A DNA stretch of 61,751 bases, filler included. It is 6 parts of 6 records of this genome, joined end to end, with 100 filler letters (N's around TTAATTAATTAA, not from the genome) between each part and the next. Parts side by side here need not be neighbours in the genome. Positions count along the whole stretch, not along the records: positions 14,821 to 26,895 come from DRR723986_7466; positions 26,996 to 34,324 come from DRR723986_7475; 4 more parts are not named here. One strand, 5' to 3'. Below the pieces are notes generated by a model, which saw only the letters and a program-made list of their open reading frames with translations, had not been told where the DNA came from and did not search any database. This document shows positions 22,001-30,400 of the stretch, in pieces. Positions within the stretch are counted from its first letter, which is position 1. Each line of letters begins with the position of its first letter. The translations under genes were made by a program, and so were the position numbers.

Positions 22001-22243
22001 GGTGCGGCCTTCGACCTGATGCTGACCGACGTGGTCATGCCCGGCGGGATCGGCGGCTTCGAACTGGCCCGCCACCTGCGCGCCAAACGCCCGGACACGC
22101 CCGTGGTCTATATGTCCGGATACACCGGCATCGCCCGGTCCGAGATGGGGGAAGTGCCCGCGCGGCTGGTGCAGAAGCCCTGCCCGCCGCCGGTGCTTGC
22201 CAAGGTCCTGCGCGAGGAACTGGACGGCGGGGCCAGGGGCTGA
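19076..22243 (+). CDS. Hybrid sensor histidine kinase: signal peptide, two periplasmic solute-binding (family 3) domains, TM, PAS, HisKA/HATPase, receiver
   Basis: GFFGDIG and GFGVEVL SBP repeats; AHDFNNLL H-box; NLVLNSRDA, DNGPGM, PFFTT, GTGLGL; DLMLTDVVMPGG receiver. Confidence 0.9.
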   Translation: MRDVWRAVRFALVLLIPAAAAAQEAPLVSAWTPTPGFFTPVEGGPPSGFFGDIGQDIAARTGLSVEFRQVADVATVIGMQASGAAQILSGAAQIPALEGSNVFSEPVATSEVHLFVRADAPEEWTQDSFDGLRLAVVDRTAGADLARTIGTGNSVTVYPDFGAALGALLFQQVDGLVAIYPGVMGVLRSNGLEAQVRRVGPALAETRHVVALHRSRADLLPRVQEALDAMEADGTLEALRRRWSIDVPAQPPKIYVVGVPNYPPYQMQAEDGRFTGFGVEVLRDLADRAGMPLKFIPITNEQFGQGPRSGEFDLISLVGLSDARRERMDFTLPLDSASFSIFVRRGDRVVGREGPARLEALSGLRVGVESASVVRSLVPESLRNDLVPFRGEEALFQALLDEEIDVALYLTTTGAAALQKLGLDTRIAALQPPVLVSEGALALRFGLAGTRERLNAVIPGYLSSPRYEALRREWYGAPVFWTPDRIRLAGYVIALATVLSAMAIAFVSLRGRRQAEALNRQIATAHTRMGAVLDATRGAVLGLARSGDIIVANPSAQEMLALGPDRLPQPWPSDVSFLDREDLAPLEASHDPMQRALAGQVLKGEVALLQVPGAQSKRYVRVSSAPVGPHDPGGLHSVLILDDVSEQEANRQQLERATRLDALGQLTGGVAHDFNNLLATIEYAVQLAAPEASPRAQGFLDTALQTIHRGAALTKRLLAFAKQQPGLARSYPVKTLMTDFEALSRPSIEKTISMEFHIEEPDLYVHCDALQLGNALLNLVLNSRDAILRSGKGDRITVVARPAYHSPAVAPEAFDDSARVVTTEGLKAESAATEDGKAHRYVEFSVSDNGPGMTDEVKQRAVDPFFTTRESNSGTGLGLSMVYGFVQQSNGELRIYSEVDSGTSVRLLLPRGTEDGSGREKPVPLAAPVDGRGETLLVVEDDEALLRVIRDMLEQMNYRVVSAASGNEAIEIIDAGAAFDLMLTDVVMPGGIGGFELARHLRAKRPDTPVVYMSGYTGIARSEMGEVPARLVQKPCPPPVLAKVLREELDGGARG

Positions 22244-22466
22244 ATCGGCCGCAGCCGGCGGCTTTCCGGTGCCGTCGCGGCGGCTTGACGGGTTCGGACC
22301 ACAGGCGCCACAGGGCATCCCGCGCCCCGGAACCGCAGCGCGCGGCCCCGAGGGACCGGGCCGCGTGACCGCGCTCCGGACCGCCTGTCGCCTCGACCCC
22401 CGTCAGGGCGGCGCGCGCGCCCCTTTTCAGAGCGGCGCGGCCCCCGTCAGGGCGGCACGGGGCGGG

Positions 22467-24995
22467 TCAGGGCGCGCGTTGCAAGGTGATCGTCAGGCCC
22501 TGAAGGATCTTTTCCTTGATGAAATAGGGCGTGATCCGCATCTCCGTCCTCTCGCCGTTCAGCTCTATGATCTCGCTGCGGCTTTTCTGTCGGGTCAGCA
22601 CATCGTGACAGATGTCCACCAGCGCCGGGAAGGGCGTGTTGGGAAGGAAGACCTGACTGATGTGCCCCAGATGCGAGCCGCGCTCGCTGAGCGCGAAAAG
22701 CTCTATGGCGTTGTGCGAGGCGCTCTTGATGTTGAGCGAGGTGTCCAGCACCAGCAGGGGCAGCGGCAACGCCACCTGGATCGCGTTCTTCTCTGCCACC
22801 AGACGGTTCAACTCGTCCGAGTTGATCAATAGTTCCTCGTTGACGGTGATCAGCTCTTCGTTGGTGGACTGAAGCTCTTCGTTCGAGGTCTCGAGTTCCT
22901 CGTTGGTGGACTGCAGTTCCTCGTTGGTGGATTGCAGCTCTTCGTTGGTGGATTGCAGCTCCTCGTTCGAGGTCTGCAGCTCCTCCATGGTGATCTGAAG
23001 CGCCTCGCGCGAATCCGCCAGTTCGTTCTCGACGTGGGTGAGGTAGCTGGAGGCCTCTTCGTTGCCGCGGTCGATCTCCGTGCTGCTGTCGACCATCGTG
23101 GTGTCGATGGACAGAAGCGCAAGCCGCCCGTGGTTTCCGGGGTCGATGTTCAGCGGGTAGGCCCGCAGGCGCACCCGGTTGAAATCCGGCCCCTTGATGT
23201 CGCGCCAGAGCCCGTCGCGCGGGCGTCCGTGCTTCAGGCACAGGGGGATCAGGCTGCTGGCGTCGGCAGCCAGTTCCGCCTTCAGCACCATGGTGTTCAG
23301 CCGGCCGCGCATGTCGTCGGTGATCCGCGTGAAGGGGCTGATGTCCCCGAAGATGCGGATGATGTCCTTGTGGACGTTGACCAGAACGCCCTGCGGCGCG
23401 ACCGATTCGGCCAGCGCCTTGAAGGTCTCGGTCTCCAGCACCTCGCTGCTGGCCTTGGCCTTCCTGTCCGCGCGCGCACGCGGCCCGTCGCCGATCTTGG
23501 AGTTCCCGAACCGCACCAGCGCCTTATGGTCGAACGCCGTATCGACACGCTTGCGGAACAGCCGGGCGCCCTCTCCCACGCGGGAGAAATAGGGCTCCAT
23601 CGTGCCGATGCTTTCCGAGGCTCCGACGAAGAGAAGCCCGCCAGGGCGCAGGGCATACAGCAGCCGCGCCATGACCTTCTCCTGCAAGGGCGCGTCGAAG
23701 TAGATCATCGTGTTGCGGAAACTGACGAGGTCGATGTCGCTGAACGGCGGGTCCTGAAAGACGTTGTGCCGCGAGAACAGCACCTGATTGCGGATCTCCG
23801 GCTTCACCCGCAGGACATCGTCGGAGAGCGTGAAGTACTTCTGCTGGATCTTCTCGGGGATGCCCGCGCTGGCGGCGGCCGGATAGGCGCCGTTGCGGCC
23901 ACGCATCAGCGCGGCCTCGTCGAGATCGGTGGCAAAGATCTGCACGGTGCGGCCGCGGGTCAGGCGCCGGGTTTCCAGCAGCTCGTTGACGATGAAGGCG
24001 ATGGTATAGGCCTCTTCGCCGGTGGCGCAGCCGGGGACCCAGATGCGGAAGGGCCGGTTCTCCATCCCTTCGACGTATTCGGCGAGGGCGTTGTCGAGCG
24101 CCCGGAACTGATCGGGATCGCGGTAGAACCGCGTGACCGAGATCAGCAGGTCGCGGTAGAGCGCATCCAGTTCCTCGGGGTGGTCGCGGCAGAATTCGAC
24201 GTAGCGCGCGTATTCTTCGAAGCCCAGCGCGATCAGGCGGCGCTGGATGCGGCGGCTGACGGTGTTTTCCTTGTAGTGGCGGAAGTTGACCTTCGTGCGC
24301 GCCTGAAGCTGGTGAAACAGGTCGTCGTATTCGGTGGGCTGGTCCAGCGCTTCCTGCAGGGCGGCGAAGTCGCGCGGACGCGAGAGGATGTTCACCAGTT
24401 GCTCACCCATCTGGCGGGGCGACAGCACGAGGTCGATGCACCCCGTCTCGACCGCCGAGGCGGGCATGGTGTCGTACTTGGACGATTCGGAATCCTGGGC
24501 GATGGTGATGCCGCCCGCCTCGCGAATCGCCTGCACGCCGTAGCTGCCGTCACTACCGGTGCCGGAGAGCACGATGCCCATGCTGCGTTCGCCGTATTCC
24601 TCGGCGATGGAGGTCAGCAGACGGTCGGCGGAGGGCTTGGGCTCTCCGGTGCGGCCAGAGGGTTCCTTGACCATGACGCGGTCGCCCTTGACCACGAGGT
24701 CGGTCTTGGGCACCGGCACGAACAGCGTGCCCGGCGTCAGGATCTCTTCGCTTTCGACCGCCTTCACCGCAAGCCGCGTTTCCCGCGACAGAAGCGCGGG
24801 CAGGACGCTGGCGTGATGCGGGGACATGTGCTGCGCCAGCACATAGACGCAATTCAGGTCGGCCGGCAGATGCTGGGCGAAAAGCGAAACGGCTTCGAGA
24901 CCGCCGGCAGAGGCGACGATCCCGACCACGGTCATGGACCCCTCGGCCCGGTTGCCCCGGCCCTCGGTATCGTTGGTGGCATCCTTGGCGTTCAT
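22467..24995 (-). CDS. CheB-CheR fusion protein with heptad coiled coil and PAS-like domains
   Basis: ASAGG/QHM/SGTGSDG (CheB triad); IWVPGCATGEEAY, IFATDLD, RN.MIYF (CheR); (NEELQST)n. GAGGAG RBS favours start at 24995. Confidence 0.9.
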   Translation of the reverse strand: MNAKDATNDTEGRGNRAEGSMTVVGIVASAGGLEAVSLFAQHLPADLNCVYVLAQHMSPHHASVLPALLSRETRLAVKAVESEEILTPGTLFVPVPKTDLVVKGDRVMVKEPSGRTGEPKPSADRLLTSIAEEYGERSMGIVLSGTGSDGSYGVQAIREAGGITIAQDSESSKYDTMPASAVETGCIDLVLSPRQMGEQLVNILSRPRDFAALQEALDQPTEYDDLFHQLQARTKVNFRHYKENTVSRRIQRRLIALGFEEYARYVEFCRDHPEELDALYRDLLISVTRFYRDPDQFRALDNALAEYVEGMENRPFRIWVPGCATGEEAYTIAFIVNELLETRRLTRGRTVQIFATDLDEAALMRGRNGAYPAAASAGIPEKIQQKYFTLSDDVLRVKPEIRNQVLFSRHNVFQDPPFSDIDLVSFRNTMIYFDAPLQEKVMARLLYALRPGGLLFVGASESIGTMEPYFSRVGEGARLFRKRVDTAFDHKALVRFGNSKIGDGPRARADRKAKASSEVLETETFKALAESVAPQGVLVNVHKDIIRIFGDISPFTRITDDMRGRLNTMVLKAELAADASSLIPLCLKHGRPRDGLWRDIKGPDFNRVRLRAYPLNIDPGNHGRLALLSIDTTMVDSSTEIDRGNEEASSYLTHVENELADSREALQITMEELQTSNEELQSTNEELQSTNEELQSTNEELETSNEELQSTNEELITVNEELLINSDELNRLVAEKNAIQVALPLPLLVLDTSLNIKSASHNAIELFALSERGSHLGHISQVFLPNTPFPALVDICHDVLTRQKSRSEIIELNGERTEMRITPYFIKEKILQGLTITLQRAP
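22830..22988 (-). repeat. 21-bp tandem repeat encoding eight [NM]EELxxx heptads
   Basis: MEELQTSNEELQSTNEELQSTNEELQSTNEELETSNEELQSTNEELITVNEEL. Confidence 0.9.
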
Positions 24996-25027
24996 ACACT
25001 CCTCGCGCGTCATACCGCTGCGGTATT

Positions 25028-25051
25028 AACCTAATGTTCATCAATTAGGTT
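25028..25051. promoter_or_regulatory. Inverted-repeat operator in AT-rich divergent promoter
   Basis: AACCTAAT-N8-ATTAGGTT perfect 8-bp IR; overlaps TTAA-N7-TTCA. Confidence 0.55.
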
Positions 25052-25134
25052 TAGATTCGATTAACATTCTACGGAACGACCATCCGAACCGTTCCGCTTT
25101 CTTGTCGTAGCGGCTTTCCGTCAGGGGTTCCATT

Positions 25135-25869
25135 ATGAACATGGCCGGCTCGATAGAGATGTGGCTCAACAGGGATGCGAAGGCCGGTCGCTGGAACCTG
25201 CTGAACGCGCGGATCTCGAACGCCCGGCACGCGCAGCGGATGCTGTTCGATCCCGGGCTGTCGATCACCGACGGCCTGCACCCCATCGTGGCGGCCTGCC
25301 TCGAAAACGCCCTGTCTCGCCAGTTCGAGACCGCCGTGCTCAGCAACCGCGACCTTGTCCTCGATCTGGGCACCCTGCGGCTCGAGGGGCTGCGCATCCT
25401 CGTGCGCTGGTCGCAGGACGCGTCCGCCTCGGCCTGCGTGCGCTTCCTGTCGAGCACCGGGGACCGCGACGCGATCCTCTCCGCAGAGCTGCGCCCGGCC
25501 CCGCCGCCGGCGGTGCAGGTCGATACACTGGTGGCGCCGGTGCTCGAGGATCTGCTCTACCCGGCGCTGGAGGTCTTCGATCACATCCTGCGGCACGGCC
25601 TGTCGGAAGAGAACGCCAAGGCGCTCGCCGCGCGGGTCAAGACGATGCGCTCGAAGCGGGACGAACTGTCCGACTATATCGCCCTGCTGGCCGGCGTCGT
25701 CGCAGAGGGGGCCCAGCCTCCCCGGCACAGCCGCGCGCCCGGGTCGGTGCAGGCGACCGACAGGCTGCCCTCGCGCTGCCTGTCGTGGACCCCGGACAGG
25801 GGCATGGCACGCGGGCAAGACAGCGCCATCCTGCACGGCCATGCCACCGCGCTGGAGATCAAGGGCTGA
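25135..25869 (+). CDS. Hypothetical protein, divergent from cheBR
   Basis: 244-aa ORF with GC3-biased codons filling the gap between cheBR and the aldolase. Confidence 0.65.
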   Translation: MNMAGSIEMWLNRDAKAGRWNLLNARISNARHAQRMLFDPGLSITDGLHPIVAACLENALSRQFETAVLSNRDLVLDLGTLRLEGLRILVRWSQDASASACVRFLSSTGDRDAILSAELRPAPPPAVQVDTLVAPVLEDLLYPALEVFDHILRHGLSEENAKALAARVKTMRSKRDELSDYIALLAGVVAEGAQPPRHSRAPGSVQATDRLPSRCLSWTPDRGMARGQDSAILHGHATALEIKG

Positions 25870-26001
25870 CCCGCGCGCGGCACGCGTTTTGCGGGTGTTC
25901 CTCGCCCGCAGTCATGCTACCCCTGCGCCAAGCGCGGCGCGCATCCGGGCAACCCCCTGTCGCGCCGCCGATTTTCGGACGCGACAGGAGGACGCACGAC
26001 C

Positions 26002-26766
26002 ATGGAATTGCCCGTCAACCGCTTCAAGGCCGCCATCAGGGAAGGCCGCCGCCAGATCGGCGTCTGGAACACCATCCCCGACCCCTCGGTGGTCGAACTC
26101 ATGGCGGGCTGCGGCTATGACTGGCTGCTGATCGACACGGAGCACTCGCCCGCGACCGACGTGATGACGCTGCCGCTGATGCAGGCCGCCGCGCCCTACC
26201 CGGTCAGCCAGATCCTGCGCCCGGGCTGGAACGATCCCGTCGAGATCAAGCGGCTGCTCGACAGCGGCGCCCAGACGATCCTCGTGCCCTACGTGCAGAA
26301 CGCCGAAGAGGCCGCCAAGGCCGTGGCCGCCTGCCACTACCCGCCGAAGGGGATGCGCGGCGTCTCGGGCCTGACCCGGGCCAGCCGCTACGGCGCCATC
26401 GAGAACTACGGCCCCCGCGCCGGGGAAGAGATCTGCGTTCTGGTGCAGGTCGAAACGGTCGAGGCGCTGGACCACATAGAGGCGATCGCGGCGGTGGACG
26501 GGGTCGACGGCATCTTCGTCGGCCCGGCGGATCTTGCCGCCTCCATGGGGCTGATGGGACAGGCCACGCACCCCGACGTGCTCGAGGCCGTGACCGGCGC
26601 CATCCGCCGCATCCGCGCGGCGGGCAAGCCCGCGGGCGTGCTCTCGGCCAGCGACGCCTTCCTGCGCCCCTGCGAAGAGGCCGGCGCGGTCTTCATCGCG
26701 GTGGACATCGACGTGGCCATGCTTAGGCGCGTGACCCTGGCCCGGCGCGAGGACTGGCGCGACTGA
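26002..26766 (+). CDS. HpcH/HpaI family aldolase
   Basis: GYDWLLIDTEHSP, IKRLLDSGAQ, VQVET, DGIFVGPADL; AGGAGG RBS. Confidence 0.92.
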   Translation: MELPVNRFKAAIREGRRQIGVWNTIPDPSVVELMAGCGYDWLLIDTEHSPATDVMTLPLMQAAAPYPVSQILRPGWNDPVEIKRLLDSGAQTILVPYVQNAEEAAKAVAACHYPPKGMRGVSGLTRASRYGAIENYGPRAGEEICVLVQVETVEALDHIEAIAAVDGVDGIFVGPADLAASMGLMGQATHPDVLEAVTGAIRRIRAAGKPAGVLSASDAFLRPCEEAGAVFIAVDIDVAMLRRVTLARREDWRD

Positions 26767-26895
26767 ACCGGCCCCCGGGGCGCCGCGCCAACCGGCCGCG
26801 CGCCCCGCTCCGCCCCCTCGGACCAGGCCCGGACGGCAACCAGACGCACGTCCGCCCTTCTTCGGTCCGGAAATACCTCGGAGAGCGCGAGAGGC

Positions 26896-26995
26896 NNNNN
26901 NNNNNNNNNNNNNNNNNNNNNNNNNNNNNNNNNNNNNNNTTAATTAATTAANNNNNNNNNNNNNNNNNNNNNNNNNNNNNNNNNNNNNNNNNNNN
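26896..26995. other. Artificial contig spacer
   Basis: N-run, TTAATTAATTAA, N-run. Confidence 0.99.
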
Positions 26996-27022
26996 ACCAC
27001 CACCACCACCACCACCACCACC
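26996..27022 (+). repeat. (CAC)n microsatellite at the 3' end of a spliceosomal intron
   Basis: accaccacc... followed by GCAG acceptor at 27023-27026. Confidence 0.8.
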
Positions 27023-27026
27023 GCAG

Positions 27027-27310
27027 ACGACAGCAACGCGCTCGTTTCCCAAGTGCTCCGGTACGACACGCTGAGCACCACGAGCTCGTTCCTGCTGACG
27101 GCGGCGTCGGCGTCGTCGTACGGCGGCTTCAGCGGCGCACCGTCGGGCCCGGCCTTCCGTGTGGCGACCAGCGACCACTCGTTTGCCGTGTCGGTGCGGG
27201 AGCGGTTGGAGGTGGGGGAGTGGTACCACTTGGTGGCCGAGTTCAACGGTGCGCCGGGCAAGGGCGACCACGGCGACCACGCCCATTACGTCCATCTGGT
27301 CGTCAACGAT
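27027..27310 (+). CDS. Eukaryotic exon, first half of a LamG/concanavalin-like jellyroll domain
   Basis: Follows CAG. Reads ...LEVGEWYHLVAEFNG...VHLVVND, then GTGCGT donor at 27311. Confidence 0.75.
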
Positions 27311-27459
27311 GTGCGTCGTTGTGGGGAGTGGTTGTGGCTGTGGTTGCGGTAGTGGGTCTGGTTGTGGTCCCTCTCCAATCGGCGCGCTGTGCTTTTGTGT
27401 GGCTTCGGTTGTGCGCGTGTGTGTGTGCGCGCGCTTGCTCGCGCGCAATGATGCTGCAG
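27311..27459 (+). other. Spliceosomal GT-AG intron (149 nt, phase 0)
   Basis: GTGCGT...TGCAG with GT/TG low-complexity interior. Removing it joins VVND to VLVGSG in frame and completes the LamG pattern (IVLG...DEVWVF). Confidence 0.8.
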
Positions 27460-30400
27460 GTGCTTGTTGGCAGCGGGTTGGCAGTGGGCAACCTCGGGGC
27501 AGCGGCGGGGCAGAGCATCGTGCTGGGCAAGGCCGGGGCCACGGGCAAGGGCGAGATCAACGCCGTGATGGACGAGGTGTGGGTGTTCTCGCCCGCGGTG
27601 CAGCCGCCAAGCGCACCAACGGGCCTGCACACCAGCACCGTCGGCCCCACCACGCTCGACATGGCGTGGACGGCGGCCGCCGGCGCCTCGTTCTACAAGG
27701 TGCAAAAGGCTCCCATCGACTTTGCCACGGGCGAGCTGGTGTTCGAGACGGTGGGCATCACCGAGAACACGCACCTGACCGTGGAGCTGGGGGTGTCTGG
27801 CGAGCCGCACACGGTGCGCGTGTTCGCGGGCAACGCGGCCGGGTTCGAGATCGTGGGCACGGTGGCCAACGGCACCGCGGTCGGGGACATCGCCAACCTC
27901 ACGGTGGTCAGCATCAACGCGGACGGGGTGGTGGTGAGCTGGGACGCGCCCGCGGTGAGCGACTCTGTGGAGGGGCTGACGTACACGGTGCAGCACTACC
28001 GCTTTGGCACGGGCGAGCTCGCCACCGTCAGCGACTCCCTGACGTCCGCGGGGTCGGCGCACGTGGAGCTGGAGGTGGCGGGCATCAACCCGGGCGAGGT
28101 GTACGAGCTGCGCGTGCGCGCGCAGGTGGAGGCACTGCAGGCCACGCCGGCCACCGTGGAGATGACGGCACTGTCCGGGGTGCCCAGCCTGTACGTGTCG
28201 TGGGTCAAGGGCACGGCGGTGCGGCTGCAGTGGGGCGAGGTGGCGGGCCGCGAGACGTACCTTGTGCAGCACAAGGGCAGCGCGGAGGACGACGCCCAGT
28301 ACGGCGCGGACGCCGGCGCCGAGGTGACCGTGGACGGCAACGCCGCGACCATCGCCTCGCTGGGGTCGTCCGCCACGCGCGCGTTCCGCGTGCGCGCGGG
28401 CGTGGCCCCCGCGTTCCAGGCCGCCGCGCTGGGCTCTGTGGTGGAGGCGGTCGCCCTGCCGCAGATCACCTCCCTGCAGGTCACGCAAGTGTCGGCGACG
28501 TCGGTGTCGCTGGCGTGGGACGCCACGGTGGTGGACGCCGCGTCGGACGTGGTGTACAAGGTGGAGGTGCGGCTGGCCAACGGCACCGACGCCGACTTTG
28601 CCGTGTTCGACGCGGAGGTGGGCACCAACGCGGTGACGGTGACGTCGCTCGCGGCGTCCCTGTCGTACGTGTTCCGCGTGCGCGCGGGGGCGGGCAAGGC
28701 GCAGAGCGCGGGCGGGGAGGGCGGGCTGGCCTACTACCAGCACGACGACATTGCCGTGTCCGTCACGGCCACGCCCCTCGACACCGTCGCGGGCCTGGTG
28801 GTGGTGGAGGTCACGGCGTCGTCTGTGGTGCTGGACTGGGACGACGTTCAGGTGCAGGACGCCGACGGCGCGGACGGCGTCGCCGTCACGTACGTGCTGC
28901 AGCGGAGGCTCAACTCGCAGACGGACGCCGCGTACGCCGTGGTGGCCGTCACCACCGAGTCGTCGTTCACGCACGAGCCGCTCGTGGCCGGCACGACGTA
29001 CCGCTTCCGCGTGTTCGCGGGGAGCCAGGCCAACCAGAGCGACGCGTCCGGCGCCACGGTCACGGGCACGCCGCTGTCGGCGATCACGGGCCTGGTCGCT
29101 GCGTCGGTCACTCGCGACTCGGTGCTGGTGCAGTTCCGGTCCGTGCTGGCCGCCACCGTGTACAAGGTGGAGGCGCGGCGGGCGGACGCGGCCGACTTTG
29201 CCGTGGTCACCAGCGCGCTGTCCGTGGTCGCCGAGGCCAACACCGAGGTCAGCTACTCGGTGCCGACCAACGACACGGGGTACACGCACGACATTCGGGT
29301 GCGCGCGGGGCGAGGGTCCTTCTTCCACAGCGACGCCACAGCGCAGGTCGTGACGGGGACGCCGCTCGAGCCCATCGAGGCCACCGTGGCGTACGTGGAC
29401 GCCACCAGCGCGCGCCTGTCGTGGCAGACCGTGCCCTGCTACCACTGCCCGAGCGGGACGGTGCGGTACGCGGTGGAGCGCAAGCAGAACACGGCCACGG
29501 CGTACACGCTGCTGTCGCTCGCGGACGACTCGGCCACGGACGCGCTGGTCTCGGGCCTGACCACGGGCTCGCGCTACGACTTTCGCGTGCGCGCCGGCGT
29601 GGAGGCGTGGCAGGTGGACGACGCCGCCGCCGTGCTGTCGGCCACGCCGCTGTCCGCGGTCGCGAGCCTGCGCGTGGTGGGCCTGACCAGCACGTCCCTG
29701 GACCTGGAGTGGGCGGTGGTGGGCGGCGCCTCGCGCTACCTGGTGCAAGTGTTCGCGGGCGGCAGCGGGAGCGGCTCGTCCGTGGACCCCGCCGCGCTGT
29801 ACTCGCAGCCCGACGTGGCCACGAACGCGTGGACGGTGCCCAACCTGGAGGCCGGCACTCTGTACACGGTGGCCGTGCGCGCGGGCAACCAGGCGTACCA
29901 GCACCGCACGCTCGCCCAGACGGTGGAGGGGCGGCCGCTGGGGCCCGTGGCGGGGCTCGCCGTGGACTCCGTCACCGACTCGTCCGTGACCGTGAGCTGG
30001 ACGCCCTCCACGGGCGCCACGCTGTTCGGCAGCGCGTACGTGATCAGCTCCAAGTCGCTGTACAAGACCACGGACGCGTCGAAGGCCACCTCGGCCAGCG
30101 CGCTGACGTTCACGGGCCTGGCCGTGTCGCAGGACTACTTTGTCAAGATCCTGGCCGGCAACGACGACGCCATCTTCCAGCCGCTGGACGAGGCCGCCGT
30201 GGTGGCGGTGACGCCGCTGGCGCAGGTCGGCGGCCTGGAGGTGACGGAGCTGGGCGAGTCGTTCGTGACGGTGCAGTGGGACCCCACGCCGCGCTCCACG
30301 CAGTACCGCGTGCAGTGGACGGACCAGGACACGCTCGCCACGGAGAGCGTGGACCTGAGCGACTACGACGCCGGCGTGCGGTACCTGGTGGGCAACGAGA

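Noticed and set aside
22830..22988. CRISPR or non-coding tandem array
   Set aside because: In-frame 21-bp repeats encoding the CheBR heptad coiled coil.
18953..25034. Antisense ORFs of 1121 aa and 700 aa opposite the kinase and cheBR
   Set aside because: Typical GC-rich antisense shadows without motifs.
26856..26895. Possible Rhodobacteraceae intergenic repeat at contig end
   Set aside because: Truncated and single-copy here; cannot be supported from this window.
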